Positions 30,599 to 40,765 of a stretch of DNA of 64,000 nt are shown piece after piece (the first letter of the stretch is position 1; every line of letters begins with the position of its first letter). The position numbers and the translations under genes are program-made. The notes under the pieces were generated by a model, which saw only the letters and a list, made by a program, of their open reading frames with translations, had not been told where the DNA came from and did not search any database. Origin of the DNA: a bacterium (GTDB lineage Bacteria; UBA8248); contig CBDBBI010000010.1 of NCBI GenBank assembly GCA_965202625.1, positions 640,001-704,000 on the forward strand, read 5' to 3'.

Positions 30599-31627
30599 CT
30601 ACTTTTCGCTGGGGTCATTCACCTTAAAGGGAATCACTCCGGGAACCATCCAGTCGTTCCACATTTTATCGACTTCCTCTTGGAAGTATTCGTAGTCTTG
30701 ATCCTCGAAATGATGGAAGCGACCCTGCGTCTCCAGATATTCACGAACCAGCTTGCGGGAACGCTTGCCGTATACTTGCCGCGCGGAAATACCTGTATAG
30801 GTGAGCTCCCCATCCATCATCTCCCACAGCGGGAAAAGACCAGTTTCCACCGCCAATTCGCCGAGTTTGTGAGAATAAAAAGGATCATAATCCCAACCCT
30901 TTGGACATGGATCCAGTGTGTGTACGAACGCCGGGCCCTTCACGGCGAGTGCCTTGCGCACTTTGTCAATTAAGTCCGCGGGATAAGAAGCATCTGCTGT
31001 CGCCACATAGTTGCAACGCGTATGTCCGACAGCATACATGGCCGCAATGTTCTTTTTCCAGCAATCATGCATGATGCGAAATTTTTTGCCCGGTGGCGTG
31101 AAGGTCGTGTTCGCACCCCATGGGGATGCTCCTGAAATTTGGATGTCTGTGTTCGCATATGATTCGTTGTCGTAGCAAATGATCGCCAAGTTGTATTTCG
31201 CGTGCATCAGCGCCGCGGATATGGACGATACGCCCATATCGATACCGCCTCCATCTCCGCAGAAAGCGATGACGTTAATCGGCTCTTCCTTCATTTTTCC
31301 CTTTCGCATCAACGCCCGAAGGGCCGCCGCCGTGCCCGTCGCGGCTGAACCAGAGGAGCCCAACTGCGTGTGCATCCACGGCACCACCCAAGGGGTGCTG
31401 TAATACGTGGTATTCGCCACGTACATACACCCCGTGCTTCCCAGGATAATAGAGCGAGGGCCCGCCGCTTTGGCCATGAGGCGCATGATGAGAGCACTCT
31501 CACAACCCTGGCAAGTTCTGTGCCCACTGGTAAAATACTCTTCTACCGCTTTCTGCGGGATTGCATTCACTTTCCCCATCAAGGGAAGTTCTTGTGTTCC
31601 AATGTTGTACTCAGAGGTTTCCGCCAT
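30599..31627 (-). CDS. 2-oxoacid:ferredoxin oxidoreductase beta (TPP-binding) subunit, oxalate oxidoreductase-like
   Basis: GHRTCQGC, TGCMYVANT, GDGG, YDNESYANT, GANTTFTPPG, PCPKGW. Confidence 0.9.
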   Translation of the reverse strand: MAETSEYNIGTQELPLMGKVNAIPQKAVEEYFTSGHRTCQGCESALIMRLMAKAAGPRSIILGSTGCMYVANTTYYSTPWVVPWMHTQLGSSGSAATGTAAALRALMRKGKMKEEPINVIAFCGDGGGIDMGVSSISAALMHAKYNLAIICYDNESYANTDIQISGASPWGANTTFTPPGKKFRIMHDCWKKNIAAMYAVGHTRCNYVATADASYPADLIDKVRKALAVKGPAFVHTLDPCPKGWDYDPFYSHKLGELAVETGLFPLWEMMDGELTYTGISARQVYGKRSRKLVREYLETQGRFHHFEDQDYEYFQEEVDKMWNDWMVPGVIPFKVNDPSEK

Positions 31628-31629
31628 GA

Positions 31630-32844
31630 TTAATCCCTCACTCCGATCCAACCGACTTCGTTGTCGGCGCTATCGTTATGGACGATGGAAAATACTTTAT
31701 CAGCCATCAATTTGACGTCTTCAAGCAATACTTCTCGGCCACCGAGGCCACAAACAAATCCTTTCATGTAAGGCGCCTTTTCCGCCCCATACATAGCGGC
31801 TTTCACTTCATTAAAAAGGATACCACCATGATAGGGTGAACCGAAAGAATAGTCGCGGTCAATAACGCCGACTGCCTTGAAGCGCGAAAGCGATTCTCGC
31901 AACTCTTCCGTCGGGAATGGGCGAAACCATTTTAGGCGAACCAGTCCAACTTTTTTGCCTTCTTTGCGCATTTCACGGATGGCGACTTTCACCGGCAGGC
32001 TGAGTGTCCCCATGCCGCAAAACACCACATCTGCATCGTCAGTCATATATTCGTCAAGGAATGGATTCGTGTCCGCACCAAAAATTCTATTAAAATCAGC
32101 ATGGGCTTCCTTCAACACGGTGTAAGCATTTTTGGCCGCCTCGCTGCTTTGACGTCTCACTTCCATGAGCCAGTCTTCATTCGCCTGAGGCGCGATGGTG
32201 ATGGGATTGTCTGGATGAAGGAGCAAGTCGCCCCTATCATAGGGAGGAAGGAATTGATTGACTTCTTCTTGGCCAGGCAACCGTACCGTCGCCTGGCTGT
32301 GCGTCAAGAACGCTCCGTCCATCGCAATGGCACATGGCAGATAGACCCTAGGGTCTTCTGCGATGCGATACGCCAATAAACCAAGTTCGACGACTTCTTG
32401 TGCCGTGTCCGGAAAATTGATCATCCAGCCCAAATCACGAACGAGCATAGCATCATTGTGCTCGGTGCCAAATGCACCCGGATCATCTAAGGCGCGACAA
32501 CCCACCAACGCCACCATGGGCAGACGTAAGCCGGCCGTGACAGCCAGCGGCTCCATAGCATAGAGCCATCCCACGCCGCTCGAGCCTGTGAATACGCGCG
32601 CGCCGCAGGCTGATGCGTGTTTTACAATTTCAAACTGGCCATGCTCGCTCTCCGCCGGAATATAATCCGCGTCGAAATCACCCTCCGCGATAAACTTGGA
32701 AACATATTGCATCACCGTATCATACGGCCTGATGGGATATGCCGTAATAACATCCACGTCGGCAAGGCGGCAAACATGCGCCATAACCTCACTTCCAGTG
32801 AGGAGATGTACCCCCGCACCTTTTTGTTCAGTTGTCGTCGTCAT
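31630..32844 (-). CDS. 2-oxoacid:ferredoxin oxidoreductase alpha subunit, oxalate oxidoreductase-like
   Basis: AYPIRPY (Arg replacing the PFOR Thr of YPITP), ESEH, TGSSGVG, FRPFP, GLGGRE. Confidence 0.9.
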   Translation of the reverse strand: MTTTTEQKGAGVHLLTGSEVMAHVCRLADVDVITAYPIRPYDTVMQYVSKFIAEGDFDADYIPAESEHGQFEIVKHASACGARVFTGSSGVGWLYAMEPLAVTAGLRLPMVALVGCRALDDPGAFGTEHNDAMLVRDLGWMINFPDTAQEVVELGLLAYRIAEDPRVYLPCAIAMDGAFLTHSQATVRLPGQEEVNQFLPPYDRGDLLLHPDNPITIAPQANEDWLMEVRRQSSEAAKNAYTVLKEAHADFNRIFGADTNPFLDEYMTDDADVVFCGMGTLSLPVKVAIREMRKEGKKVGLVRLKWFRPFPTEELRESLSRFKAVGVIDRDYSFGSPYHGGILFNEVKAAMYGAEKAPYMKGFVCGLGGREVLLEDVKLMADKVFSIVHNDSADNEVGWIGVRD

Positions 32845-32857
32845 CTGTTCGCTCCTA

Positions 32858-34045
32858 TTAAAGCTCTTTTAGAGATTTTGTTTTCGCCGTCTCTGAGTTG
32901 TGTCCCGTGTCGAGACCCGCCCCCGAGAACGCTTCCGCGAGGCCGGTGATCGGGTGCCGGCCATCTATCTTTCCATTGCTGATTTTCTCGTCCATATATT
33001 TTGTGTATTCGCCTTTGTCCTCGCACCACATTTGGTATTGACTATCCCGTTCTTCAAAAACGACCTCATTCACCATCGTGATGCAATCCTTGACAGGACA
33101 AATGGCTTCGCATACGCCGCAGCCGCAGCAAGCTTCCATGTTGGCGTCGAAGAAGCCATCCGGAGTTACATCGAAACAAGTGTCTGGACATGCAATCCAG
33201 CAAAGGGTGCACTTCGTGCATTTGTCAAAAGACACTATGGGGCGCATGGTTCGGGTCGACCATTTTTTGAAGTAGGGATTACGGCCCGGTTCATAGCCAC
33301 CATTACCGCCCCTGAAACCCTCATGGCCCCCTACCCCGTCAATGACGACGCCTTGGCGCATTTCGTGCCACTTCAAAAGCTCAAACGTGAAGGGAACTTC
33401 GTCGTTGCCTTGGCCCGGTTCTATTTCCACGGGCCGTAAGTCCTCATAGACCTCGCGCGCGGCCTCTACGTGCGTTTCGGAGCCGATGTTCTCGCGAATG
33501 GCCGATTCCAAAGACGCCATGGAGCACATGCTCGGCTCGGCCTTAAGAGCCGCCCCTAAACACCGCGCGTCGGTGCCGTCATCTTTATACACCCAGAGGC
33601 CGGCAAAGCTTGGGTCACTGTTGATGACCGCAAGTTTATAAGGTGCTTCTCTACGATGAATATGTTTGACGAGTTCATCTTCCTTTTTTGTTGACGTAAC
33701 GATAAGCGTGCCGCCGGGTTTTGTCACAGCGTTGATTGGCTGAAGCCCATACCACGCCCAGGATTCCACGCCTTTACAGAGCGTATCGTCTACGCAGATG
33801 GAAATATCTACTTGCTTAGGCTCATATTGCGCTGCCACGGACTCGAGCTCTTCCTCATTATCCGCGATGTACCCAAATTGCTTTGCCGGAATTCCATTTC
33901 GTTCGGGCGAATCGCTGTATCGTCCGAATGAAATTCCTGGTTTACCTTCCTTCACAGCCGCAAGAATTAAGGAGCGAGAAATGTTCACTGCAAGTTTTTT
34001 CTGAAAAATACCTCGGTAGATCACTTCAAATGATATTACGCTCAC
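32858..34045 (-). CDS. 2-oxoacid:ferredoxin oxidoreductase fused gamma/delta subunit (2x4Fe-4S)
   Basis: N-terminal domain III (YSDSPERNG.P) fused to CTKCTLCWIACP and CCGCGVCEAICP. Confidence 0.88.
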   Translation of the reverse strand: MSVISFEVIYRGIFQKKLAVNISRSLILAAVKEGKPGISFGRYSDSPERNGIPAKQFGYIADNEEELESVAAQYEPKQVDISICVDDTLCKGVESWAWYGLQPINAVTKPGGTLIVTSTKKEDELVKHIHRREAPYKLAVINSDPSFAGLWVYKDDGTDARCLGAALKAEPSMCSMASLESAIRENIGSETHVEAAREVYEDLRPVEIEPGQGNDEVPFTFELLKWHEMRQGVVIDGVGGHEGFRGGNGGYEPGRNPYFKKWSTRTMRPIVSFDKCTKCTLCWIACPDTCFDVTPDGFFDANMEACCGCGVCEAICPVKDCITMVNEVVFEERDSQYQMWCEDKGEYTKYMDEKISNGKIDGRHPITGLAEAFSGAGLDTGHNSETAKTKSLKEL

Positions 34046-34057
34046 ATTCGATACCCC

Positions 34058-34903
34058 CTACTTGGAAATTGATGAAATGAAACTTTTTGAAGATTTCCAC
34101 GAAATCGAGTTGCCCGTGTTGCGGTTGCGAATTCGTCGCATGTTCTCATTTGGACGCCTTTCGACCTCATTGCCTTCAGCCTCAACGAGGTGGCTAATCA
34201 TTCCGGCACTCGCCCTGTTTCTATCGCTAGTGAGAACGGCTTCCAAAATCTCTTCGTGCGCTTCCCATGAGCGGAAGCGAACGCTTTTATCACGAAGCGA
34301 ACGCTCTCTGATCTCACTTAGCGAATTTAGCAAGGTACTCAACAAATGGTGCAAAAATTTGTTTTTGGCGGCTTGTGCAAGGCCCAAGTGAAATTTGGTG
34401 TCCTCCTCCAAACCAAGGCCCCCACCTTCTATCTCATCACGTTGATGCCGGAGCGTGCTCTTAAGTTTTTCCACTTCCTCATTTGTTATACGCTCAGCGG
34501 CTAAAGTGGTGATTTGAGGCTCCAGAACCATGCGCGCCTCGAAAAGATGGTGGACTCCATCCTCTGTGTCGGATGACATTTTTTCAGAAATCATAGGAAC
34601 CATGGATTCGGGTTGCGCCGTGACGAATGTCCCTTCTCCTTGTCTCGTCTCTACCAGCTTAGCGGATTCCAATGAGCGCGTTGCCTCTCGAACTGAATTC
34701 CGGCCAACGCCAAATTGTTCACACAGCTCCCTCTCGGATGGCAACTTATCGCCGGGCTTGATTTCACCTTCCAGTATCAAGGACGTGAGTTGAGCGACTA
34801 TGGCCTCATAGACGCGAGTTTTTTTTACTATCTGCAACCTCTCGTGAATGACCAAAACAAATTCCTCGGACACATATTGTAAAAGCATATTATAGACTAT
34901 CAC
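34058..34903 (-). CDS. FadR/GntR family transcriptional regulator (true start probably downstream)
   Basis: KPGDKLPSERELCEQFGVGRNSVREA, GEGTFV, FCD domain (D..FH, H..I). Confidence 0.92.
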   Translation of the reverse strand: MIVYNMLLQYVSEEFVLVIHERLQIVKKTRVYEAIVAQLTSLILEGEIKPGDKLPSERELCEQFGVGRNSVREATRSLESAKLVETRQGEGTFVTAQPESMVPMISEKMSSDTEDGVHHLFEARMVLEPQITTLAAERITNEEVEKLKSTLRHQRDEIEGGGLGLEEDTKFHLGLAQAAKNKFLHHLLSTLLNSLSEIRERSLRDKSVRFRSWEAHEEILEAVLTSDRNRASAGMISHLVEAEGNEVERRPNENMRRIRNRNTGNSISWKSSKSFISSISK

Positions 34904-34910
34904 TTATGGG

Positions 34911-34922
34911 ATTGTCCTACCA
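34911..34922 (-). promoter_or_regulatory. Possible FadR-type operator
   Basis: TGGTAGGACAAT on the minus strand resembles the TGGT-N3-ACCA FadR-subfamily box; TATAAT at 34889-34894. Confidence 0.35.
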
Positions 34923-35103
34923 GCTATTTTAGAACAAGTCAACAAGTCTCAAAGGTAGTCAATCTGAAATAGAGGAGTTTTCGATCATTCCTGAATTTTG
35001 TTTGATTACATTCCTGTTGGCTTTGATGCTAGAGTTCTCCTTTCCCGCTTTGCTATGTTTCCCTCTCCGACAAAAAACAAAAAAGATGTGAAGCCTTGAG
35101 AAA

Positions 35104-36203
35104 ATGGCAAATTCTCACTTTGCTTACTATCGGGCACGCTTTTGAACATTGGTACTAAGGCGTTTTAGGGCCTATTATCCCTATCTGACAGCAGACTTGG
35201 GTCTTACGTTGAACCAGGTGGGACTACTATTTACTGGCAGAGCCGTGATGAGCGCTTTTAGCAGTGTGGGTACAGGCTACATCATCGATCGTTACGTTGG
35301 ATGTATGGCTTCCGTTGCGTTGTTTTATGGCGGAGCAAGTTTTGCGAATGGATTTCTCACGGTGGCCCCCGTCATATGGTTGAGCGGATTGGCGACGCAC
35401 ACCTGGCATCCACCAGCCATGGGTCTACTGGGAATACGCTTTAAGAACCGAAAAGGCTTTGCGCTAGGCGTGCACGGAACGGGCGCGAACATGGGACAGT
35501 CCCTTGCCCCCATCATCGCAGGTTTCCTGCTCCTGGTGATGAACTGGCGAGGGGTGTTACTATTGAACACTGTTCCCTTGTTCGCCACGGCAATGCTTTT
35601 GTGGATTTGCCTAAAATCCTTTCACCTCAATGGAAATCAAAAGCCTAACGTCTCCGTTCATCCGAGCAATTTCAAGAATGCGCTCCAAGAATGCGCTCAT
35701 CAAAAACCCAGGCATAATTCGTATTTGCTTCTTATAGAGCATAAGGATACTGGCGCATAACGTGACGTTGATTTTTACTTCCGATATTGCTACTGAGGAA
35801 ATATAGGGTAGGGCCAAGCTTCTTGGGCATTGCGATTGGCGTATATTCGGCGGCGTCCATATTTCCAGAAACAATCGTTGGCTATCTCTCTGACAGGATG
35901 TCAAGAAAACTGATTTTGTCTGTGGGAATCGCCGCCGGTGGAATATCGATGCTCATGACTCCTCGTATGGGCACAGGAATTGTATTATACGGTTGCCTTG
36001 CTTGTGTCGGTGTTTTTCTCACCTCTATGCGCTCCGCTATTTTTGCATACGGATGCTCATGGCTTCGAATTCGCTTTTGGGGCGATCGGCATATTGTGTC
36101 TGGGAAGTTTATCTGCTTTTTTATGGTTGCCTGGAATAGAGGGAGAATCAGGTTTTCGACGCCCAGCCGTCAGCCAAGGAGATTCTGCACACCCATTTCT
36201 TAG
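35104..36203 (+). pseudogene. MFS transporter pseudogene
   Basis: Fragments LLTIGHAFEHWY*GVLG, LGLTLNQVGLL, HTWHPPAM...GFALGVHGTGANMG, GYLSDRMSRK in different frames; boundaries approximate. Confidence 0.8.
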
Positions 36204-36224
36204 GCCATTTCGAGGAGATGTCAT

Positions 36225-39200
36225 GTGAACGGGCAGATTCACAAGCATTTGGTGGTTGCTCATATAGAGAGATTATTGGCCGGTGGCGCGCTTACTCCAA
36301 CGGCGAAAGATATCCTCATTTCCATTGGCGTCACCGACCCAGCAAGCATAATCAGAAACCTCCAATCTTTAGCATTGCACCCGGCTTTTCCACGTAATAA
36401 CTCTAAGTTTTTAGAGCAGCTGTTATGCTCTTTGAGCGATACGTTCGACCCAGAACGCGCTCTGAGCAACTTTGAACGAATTTTAGCGACTCTCGATAAG
36501 CCAGATTCGTTTCTGAAAACCCTCAACCGCTCGGATGAACGCCGAACAGAGTTCTTCGCATTAGCAGGTGGAAGTCAGTTCTTGACAGAAACAATCCTGC
36601 GGCATCCTCGTTTTCTCGACTGGCTCTTGCGACCAAATACATTAAAAGCCGTTCGCACCAAAGAAAAAATGGAATCTGATCTATGGCGCTGGGTTTGCGA
36701 TAACAACGATTCCCTGAATGGGACTGAGAATGCAATGCGCCGATTTCGCCAGCGGGAATACTTAAGAATTGCGATATTGGATTTGATGCGTCAGGCGTCT
36801 CTCCAAGAAATCACCTCCAGCCTTTCTCATTTGGCCGACGCTTGTCTAGAAGTGGCGGTTCGAATTGCCAGTAATGAGCTTCAGAAAAAATATGGAAAGC
36901 CCCAACATAAAGACATAGGCGGGAGATGGAGAGATACCAAGTTCAGCGTCATAGGTTTGGGCAAACTCGGTGGGCTCGAGCTTAACTTTAGTTCAGATAT
37001 CGATTTGTTGTTCATATATTCATCAGATGACGGTCAAACGTCCGGGGCTGTAGATCCATTGACGGGGAAAAGAAAAAGAAGGATCACGAATCACGAATTT
37101 TTCGCCCACCTGGCTCGACGCATCATATCCTTGATGGGCAAGAATACCGAAGAGGGTCATGTATTTCGAATAGACATGCGTCTGCGACCCGAAGGCGCCC
37201 AAGGGGCATTGGCATATTCGCTTAGGAGCTGCGAGGTCTACTACGAGTCTTGGGGAGAAACATGGGAGCGGCAGGCGTTCATCAAAGCGAGACATTGCGC
37301 GGGTTCTGCCGCCTTGAGCCATTCATTTTTGAAAATGATGCGTCCCTTCATATACCGGCGAACACTAGACATAAGCGTCATCACGGAAATCGGAATCATC
37401 AAAGATCGCATCAACAGAAACTTGAAGGGTTCGGATGCAACCACGCGAAACGTAAAACTCGGCGAAGGCGGCATTCGGGAAATTGAATTTATTACCCAGG
37501 CTCTACAAATCATCTACGGCGGACGAGAAACCCTTCTTCAAAACTCAAATACATTGGAGAGTCTCTCCATCATAGAGGCGATTGGCCTTTTACCCAAGAA
37601 TGAGTGCGATGCGCTTTCGCGCGCTTATATATTTCTCAGAGGTGTCGAGCATCGCGTGCAAGTCACGCACGGGCTTCAATTGCACGAGGTGCCAACTGAT
37701 GAGAAAGATTTGACCGTGCTCGCCCGCAAAATGGACTGCGCGGGGAGCAAAGACTTCAAATCCCAACTCACATATCACCAAAATAATGTGTCAAGAATAT
37801 TTGAAAACATGTTTCGCAATGGGAATGAAGATGAACAAGCAGACGCAACGAGCGATGAGCAATCCCCGGCGCTTACTTTAGGAGATTCCCTATCTACCGA
37901 AGAGCTGGCCTCATATAATTTTGCAGACCCAGAAGACGTGAGCAGGCATCTAAAACTCTTGAGGAACGGCGCATCGCTCGAACATGTCAGCGCCAAGGCG
38001 AAGCGGATATTCGATGAGCTCCTCCCTCGCCTTCTCCATCAAACCCTCGAACTCCCGGAACCGGATAGAGCTGTCGCACACCTCAACAAATTTGTGGACC
38101 AGGGAGGAGGGCGTGAATCTATCCTCGGGTTTATGGCTGAGCAAGAGGAATCGCTGGAAATCATTCTTAAACTATTCGCTTCAAGTAATTATTTGTCTGA
38201 AATTCTGATTTCCCAGCCCGGACTACTTGAAACCCTCTTTCAAACCGAAACCCTCTCCAGGCCGCGCTCAAAAGAACTCCTCGCCTCTGAAATGGAGAAA
38301 ATAAGGGACGCGAAAATCTCGACAGAGGATAAATTTAACCGTCTGCACGTTGCGAAAAAAAGCGAAGAACTCGCGATAGGCATCAGAAGCCTCCTTGGGG
38401 CGGCAGATATTTTAGAAACTTTATCTGCCCTCTCTCATCTTGCGGAGGAAATTCTGAAGAGTGGCTATGCGATAGCACGCGAAAGAATGCTCAAACTCTA
38501 TGGCACTCCGATTGAGTCAGAGACGGGAAAGGAAGCACAATTCGTGATTATCGGCCTCGGCAAGTTAGGAAGCGGAGAGATGAATTATGGTTCAGATTTG
38601 GACTTGATATTTGTTTACAGCGCTTTAGGGAAAACGAATGGGCAAATCAATGGGAAAAGTTCTAAATACAAGCCCATTATAAATCATGAGTTCTTCATCA
38701 AAATGTGCACGTGTTTACGCGATGGCTTGGCCGCGTCAAGCGGTCGAGAACGAACTTACGAAATAGACTTTCGATTACGACCTGAGGGGAAAAAGGGGCC
38801 ATTGACGGCGCCGATGGAAAGCTTCACAAATTACTTTATGGGACGTGCCGAAACTTGGGAAAGACAAGCGTTTACAAGAGCAAGTTATGTTACAGGATCG
38901 CAAATGTTCGGCTCAGAATTTATGAGGCTTGTTGACGAATTCGTATATGAGAAGGAGGTCCCTGAACAATTTTCCGCACAGGTTCATCATATGCGCAAAC
39001 GCATTGAAACGGAATTGTCTCGTGAAGACGAGGCAATCATGGACATTAAGCTCGGGCGTGGCGGGATTATCGATATTGAATTTTTGACTCAATATCTCCT
39101 TATTCAAAATGGAAAGGCGCATACCGAGATTCGGGTTCCAAATACCTATCTTGCTCTCCAAGCGCTAAATAAAGCGAGGATACTCACGGACAAAGATAGC

Positions 39201-39461
39201 GCTGCATTACTGGATGGCTACCGCTTCTTACGACTTGTTGAGAACCGCCTCCGCATAGGCAACTCCCAGTCCATCAATATATTCCTCAAAGCACCGCGCT
39301 CGATGAGTATGTTGGCGCGGCGAATGAACTTTGTGGATGATATTGATGGAAGCGCTCACGCCAAGTTCCTGGCTGCATACGAGAAAAAAACAGGTCTTAT
39401 AAGAGAAGTATATGAAAAAGTGATGCTCGGAAGAAACAATCATTTCACGGACATTGTCTGA
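36225..39461 (+). CDS. glnE: Bifunctional glutamine synthetase adenylyltransferase/adenylyl-removing enzyme
   Basis: Two NT domains: GLGKLGGLELNFSSDIDL...DMRLRPEG and GLGKLGSGEMNYGSDLDL...DFRLRPEG; KLG.GGI.DIEF twice. Confidence 0.96.
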   Translation: MNGQIHKHLVVAHIERLLAGGALTPTAKDILISIGVTDPASIIRNLQSLALHPAFPRNNSKFLEQLLCSLSDTFDPERALSNFERILATLDKPDSFLKTLNRSDERRTEFFALAGGSQFLTETILRHPRFLDWLLRPNTLKAVRTKEKMESDLWRWVCDNNDSLNGTENAMRRFRQREYLRIAILDLMRQASLQEITSSLSHLADACLEVAVRIASNELQKKYGKPQHKDIGGRWRDTKFSVIGLGKLGGLELNFSSDIDLLFIYSSDDGQTSGAVDPLTGKRKRRITNHEFFAHLARRIISLMGKNTEEGHVFRIDMRLRPEGAQGALAYSLRSCEVYYESWGETWERQAFIKARHCAGSAALSHSFLKMMRPFIYRRTLDISVITEIGIIKDRINRNLKGSDATTRNVKLGEGGIREIEFITQALQIIYGGRETLLQNSNTLESLSIIEAIGLLPKNECDALSRAYIFLRGVEHRVQVTHGLQLHEVPTDEKDLTVLARKMDCAGSKDFKSQLTYHQNNVSRIFENMFRNGNEDEQADATSDEQSPALTLGDSLSTEELASYNFADPEDVSRHLKLLRNGASLEHVSAKAKRIFDELLPRLLHQTLELPEPDRAVAHLNKFVDQGGGRESILGFMAEQEESLEIILKLFASSNYLSEILISQPGLLETLFQTETLSRPRSKELLASEMEKIRDAKISTEDKFNRLHVAKKSEELAIGIRSLLGAADILETLSALSHLAEEILKSGYAIARERMLKLYGTPIESETGKEAQFVIIGLGKLGSGEMNYGSDLDLIFVYSALGKTNGQINGKSSKYKPIINHEFFIKMCTCLRDGLAASSGRERTYEIDFRLRPEGKKGPLTAPMESFTNYFMGRAETWERQAFTRASYVTGSQMFGSEFMRLVDEFVYEKEVPEQFSAQVHHMRKRIETELSREDEAIMDIKLGRGGIIDIEFLTQYLLIQNGKAHTEIRVPNTYLALQALNKARILTDKDSAALLDGYRFLRLVENRLRIGNSQSINIFLKAPRSMSMLARRMNFVDDIDGSAHAKFLAAYEKKTGLIREVYEKVMLGRNNHFTDIV

Positions 39462-39484
39462 CGTCCATTTTCAAGCGCGCATGT

Positions 39485-40741
39485 GTGTTTGTCCCCCTTG
39501 AAACCAGAGGCTTCGAGTTGATAATCAATACCGATCGTTTTCGCAAGTCCATGGAAGACATGGCGAGTATCGGAGCGACGAGCAGAGGCGGTGTGCACCG
39601 CCTCACCCTTTCGGAGGAAGATAAAAAAGCCAGGGAATTATTCGCTCATTGGGCAAATGATGCTGGGCTCTCTGTGCGGGTCGATGAGATGGGCAATATG
39701 TTCGCCAGACGGGCAGGTCAAAACGATGATGCCTATCCAATCATGGTTGGAAGCCACCTCGACACTGTGCCTAAGGGGGGGCGATTCGATGGATCCTTAG
39801 GCGTTTTGGCTGGATTGGAAATCATACGCACTTTGAAGGATAAAAAGATATCGACCAAGCGCCCGATAGAGATCGTAAACTGGACAAACGAGGAGGGGGC
39901 CAGATTTCCACCGGCTATGCTTGGAAGCGGCGTATTTTCGGGTCGGATATCACAGGAATTCGCGTATGAATTAAGAGATAAGGAAGGAGCAAATTTTCTT
40001 GGCGAGCTAGAATGCATCGGCTACCGTGGAAATATGCCTTGCGCACCAAGGCCCATTGCGTCCTATGTTGAACTCCACATTGAGCAAGGCCCCGTTCTTT
40101 TAGAAGAGGGCAAACAAATAGGTATTGTGGAAGGAATTTTTGGTATCTCGTGGCTTCGCGTCACTATGCGGGGAGAACGAGACCATGCAGGCCCCACGCC
40201 GATGCGCATGAGACGCGATGCTTTGGTAGGCGCGGCGCGCGTAATTTCGGCGATTCGCGATATCCCTAGAAAACTGCATCAGGACTTCGTGGCTACAGTT
40301 GGAGAACTATTTGTGTCTCCCAACGCCATAAATGTGATTCCTGACGAAGTGATATTCTCAATCGATTTTCGACACAACCAGCCAGAAATGCTGGATGTCG
40401 CATTCGAACTCGTCAAAGAAGCCGCATTCAGAGAAGCAAAAAAGGAAAACCTGAAAATCGAGATTGAGGACATCGGCTCATCTACTCCCATAGCATTCGA
40501 CATGAACGTTAAAGAAGCGATCGCAGCTGCATGTAGGGGGGCAAACTATAGCCATCGATACTTGTGGAGTGCTGCTGGCCATGATGCCCGCTATGTGGCT
40601 GAACTTGGGCCGACTGCTATGATTTTTGTCCCTTGCGTTGCCGGAAAAAGTCATTCAGAAGCAGAGGACATGGATTGGGAGGACGCGCATAGGGGTTGTG
40701 AAGTTTTAGCGCAAACATTGATAAAATTGGCTAATTCGTGA
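39485..40741 (+). CDS. Zn-dependent M20 hydrolase (N-carbamoyl-amino acid/allantoate amidohydrolase family)
   Basis: GSHLDTVP.GGRFDG, NEEGARF, ELHIEQGPVL, HAGPTPM, SAAGHDA, GKSH. Confidence 0.92.
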   Translation: MFVPLETRGFELIINTDRFRKSMEDMASIGATSRGGVHRLTLSEEDKKARELFAHWANDAGLSVRVDEMGNMFARRAGQNDDAYPIMVGSHLDTVPKGGRFDGSLGVLAGLEIIRTLKDKKISTKRPIEIVNWTNEEGARFPPAMLGSGVFSGRISQEFAYELRDKEGANFLGELECIGYRGNMPCAPRPIASYVELHIEQGPVLLEEGKQIGIVEGIFGISWLRVTMRGERDHAGPTPMRMRRDALVGAARVISAIRDIPRKLHQDFVATVGELFVSPNAINVIPDEVIFSIDFRHNQPEMLDVAFELVKEAAFREAKKENLKIEIEDIGSSTPIAFDMNVKEAIAAACRGANYSHRYLWSAAGHDARYVAELGPTAMIFVPCVAGKSHSEAEDMDWEDAHRGCEVLAQTLIKLANS

Positions 40742-40765
40742 TCAAAGATGGATGAGGAGAATTAA

